Source of the DNA: Octopus bimaculoides
Taxonomy: Eukaryota
Assembly: GCF_001194135.2 (NCBI RefSeq)
Contig: NC_068987.1
Location: forward strand, 52,674,765-52,708,509
DNA: 33,745 nt
Direction: 5' to 3'
Position numbers and translations under genes: made by a program. The notes beneath the pieces are model-generated. The model ran no database searches. It was not told the origin of the DNA and was given only the letters and a program-made list of their open reading frames with translations. Of this stretch, positions 33,276 to 33,745 are shown in pieces (positions within the stretch are counted from its first letter, which is position 1; each line of letters starts with the position of its first letter).

Positions 33276-33745
33276 ATTGGAATGGCAAGGATATGTACGA
33301 AAACAATATCTATCAGAAAGACTATAACCTCAGCTTTTTAATAACTTACTACACTATTTACTCTTCTTATCCTAATTGAGAAACAATTTAAACCTTTTGC
33401 TATTAAAAGATTATAATATTCCACTTAACTTTGAACGACTGTAACTTTGGCAAATGTCTGTTATGATTCTAAAAGTATCTGTTCCCTTTCATTTGGAAAC
33501 AAACAAACAACAGGTGACTCATCTTTGAGTATACTGTCACATGTAGTAGTACCGGCTTTAGGCTAATGAAGTTGTTTCTATAAATTCTGTCCCCTTACCA
33601 GTTTAAAGATAAGGGGCCTGGCCGTAGGAGGAATTTTATTTACTAATTCAGTAGATTCTAGTCATTGGGGTGAAAGAAGCTTTACCTGGATGCAATTTAC
33701 TTATATCTGTGGTTTTTACTTATGTAAAAATGTGCTCTACTGTTC

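Noticed and set aside
1-33745. Antisense orientation bias of TEs relative to the host gene
   Set aside because: The longest elements are antisense, but about as many SINE, mariner and PLE fragments are sense; too few to support a bias.

Overview
AT-rich, microsatellite-dense animal genomic DNA with five N-gaps. The SINE families and repeat landscape point to an octopod cephalopod (inference from recalled repeats, not a database hit). One host exon is recognisable: 102 nt, phase 0-0, at 30731-30832 (+), encoding a Venus-flytrap segment of a GABA-B-receptor-like class C GPCR. No other exon was found, so the preceding ~30 kb is probably one very large intron or partly upstream sequence. The rest is decayed mobile DNA: a ~3.8 kb Penelope-like element (PLE; RT + GIY-YIG, minus strand), a second PLE endonuclease fragment, two mariner remnants, a Dong/R4-like non-LTR fragment ending in (TAA)n, several tRNA-derived SINEs (four in a head-to-tail array), a ~660 bp foldback and small local duplications. 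The best hidden structure is at the PLE 3' end: a CCAAT-CCAAT-TATA-Inr-like promoter followed by a minimal type I hammerhead ribozyme with palindromic helix III, antisense to the receptor gene. A second, decayed hammerhead-like motif lies at 14144. Both fit known PLE biology; I see no clearly new biological system. Almost all listed ORFs are microsatellite or antisense artefacts.
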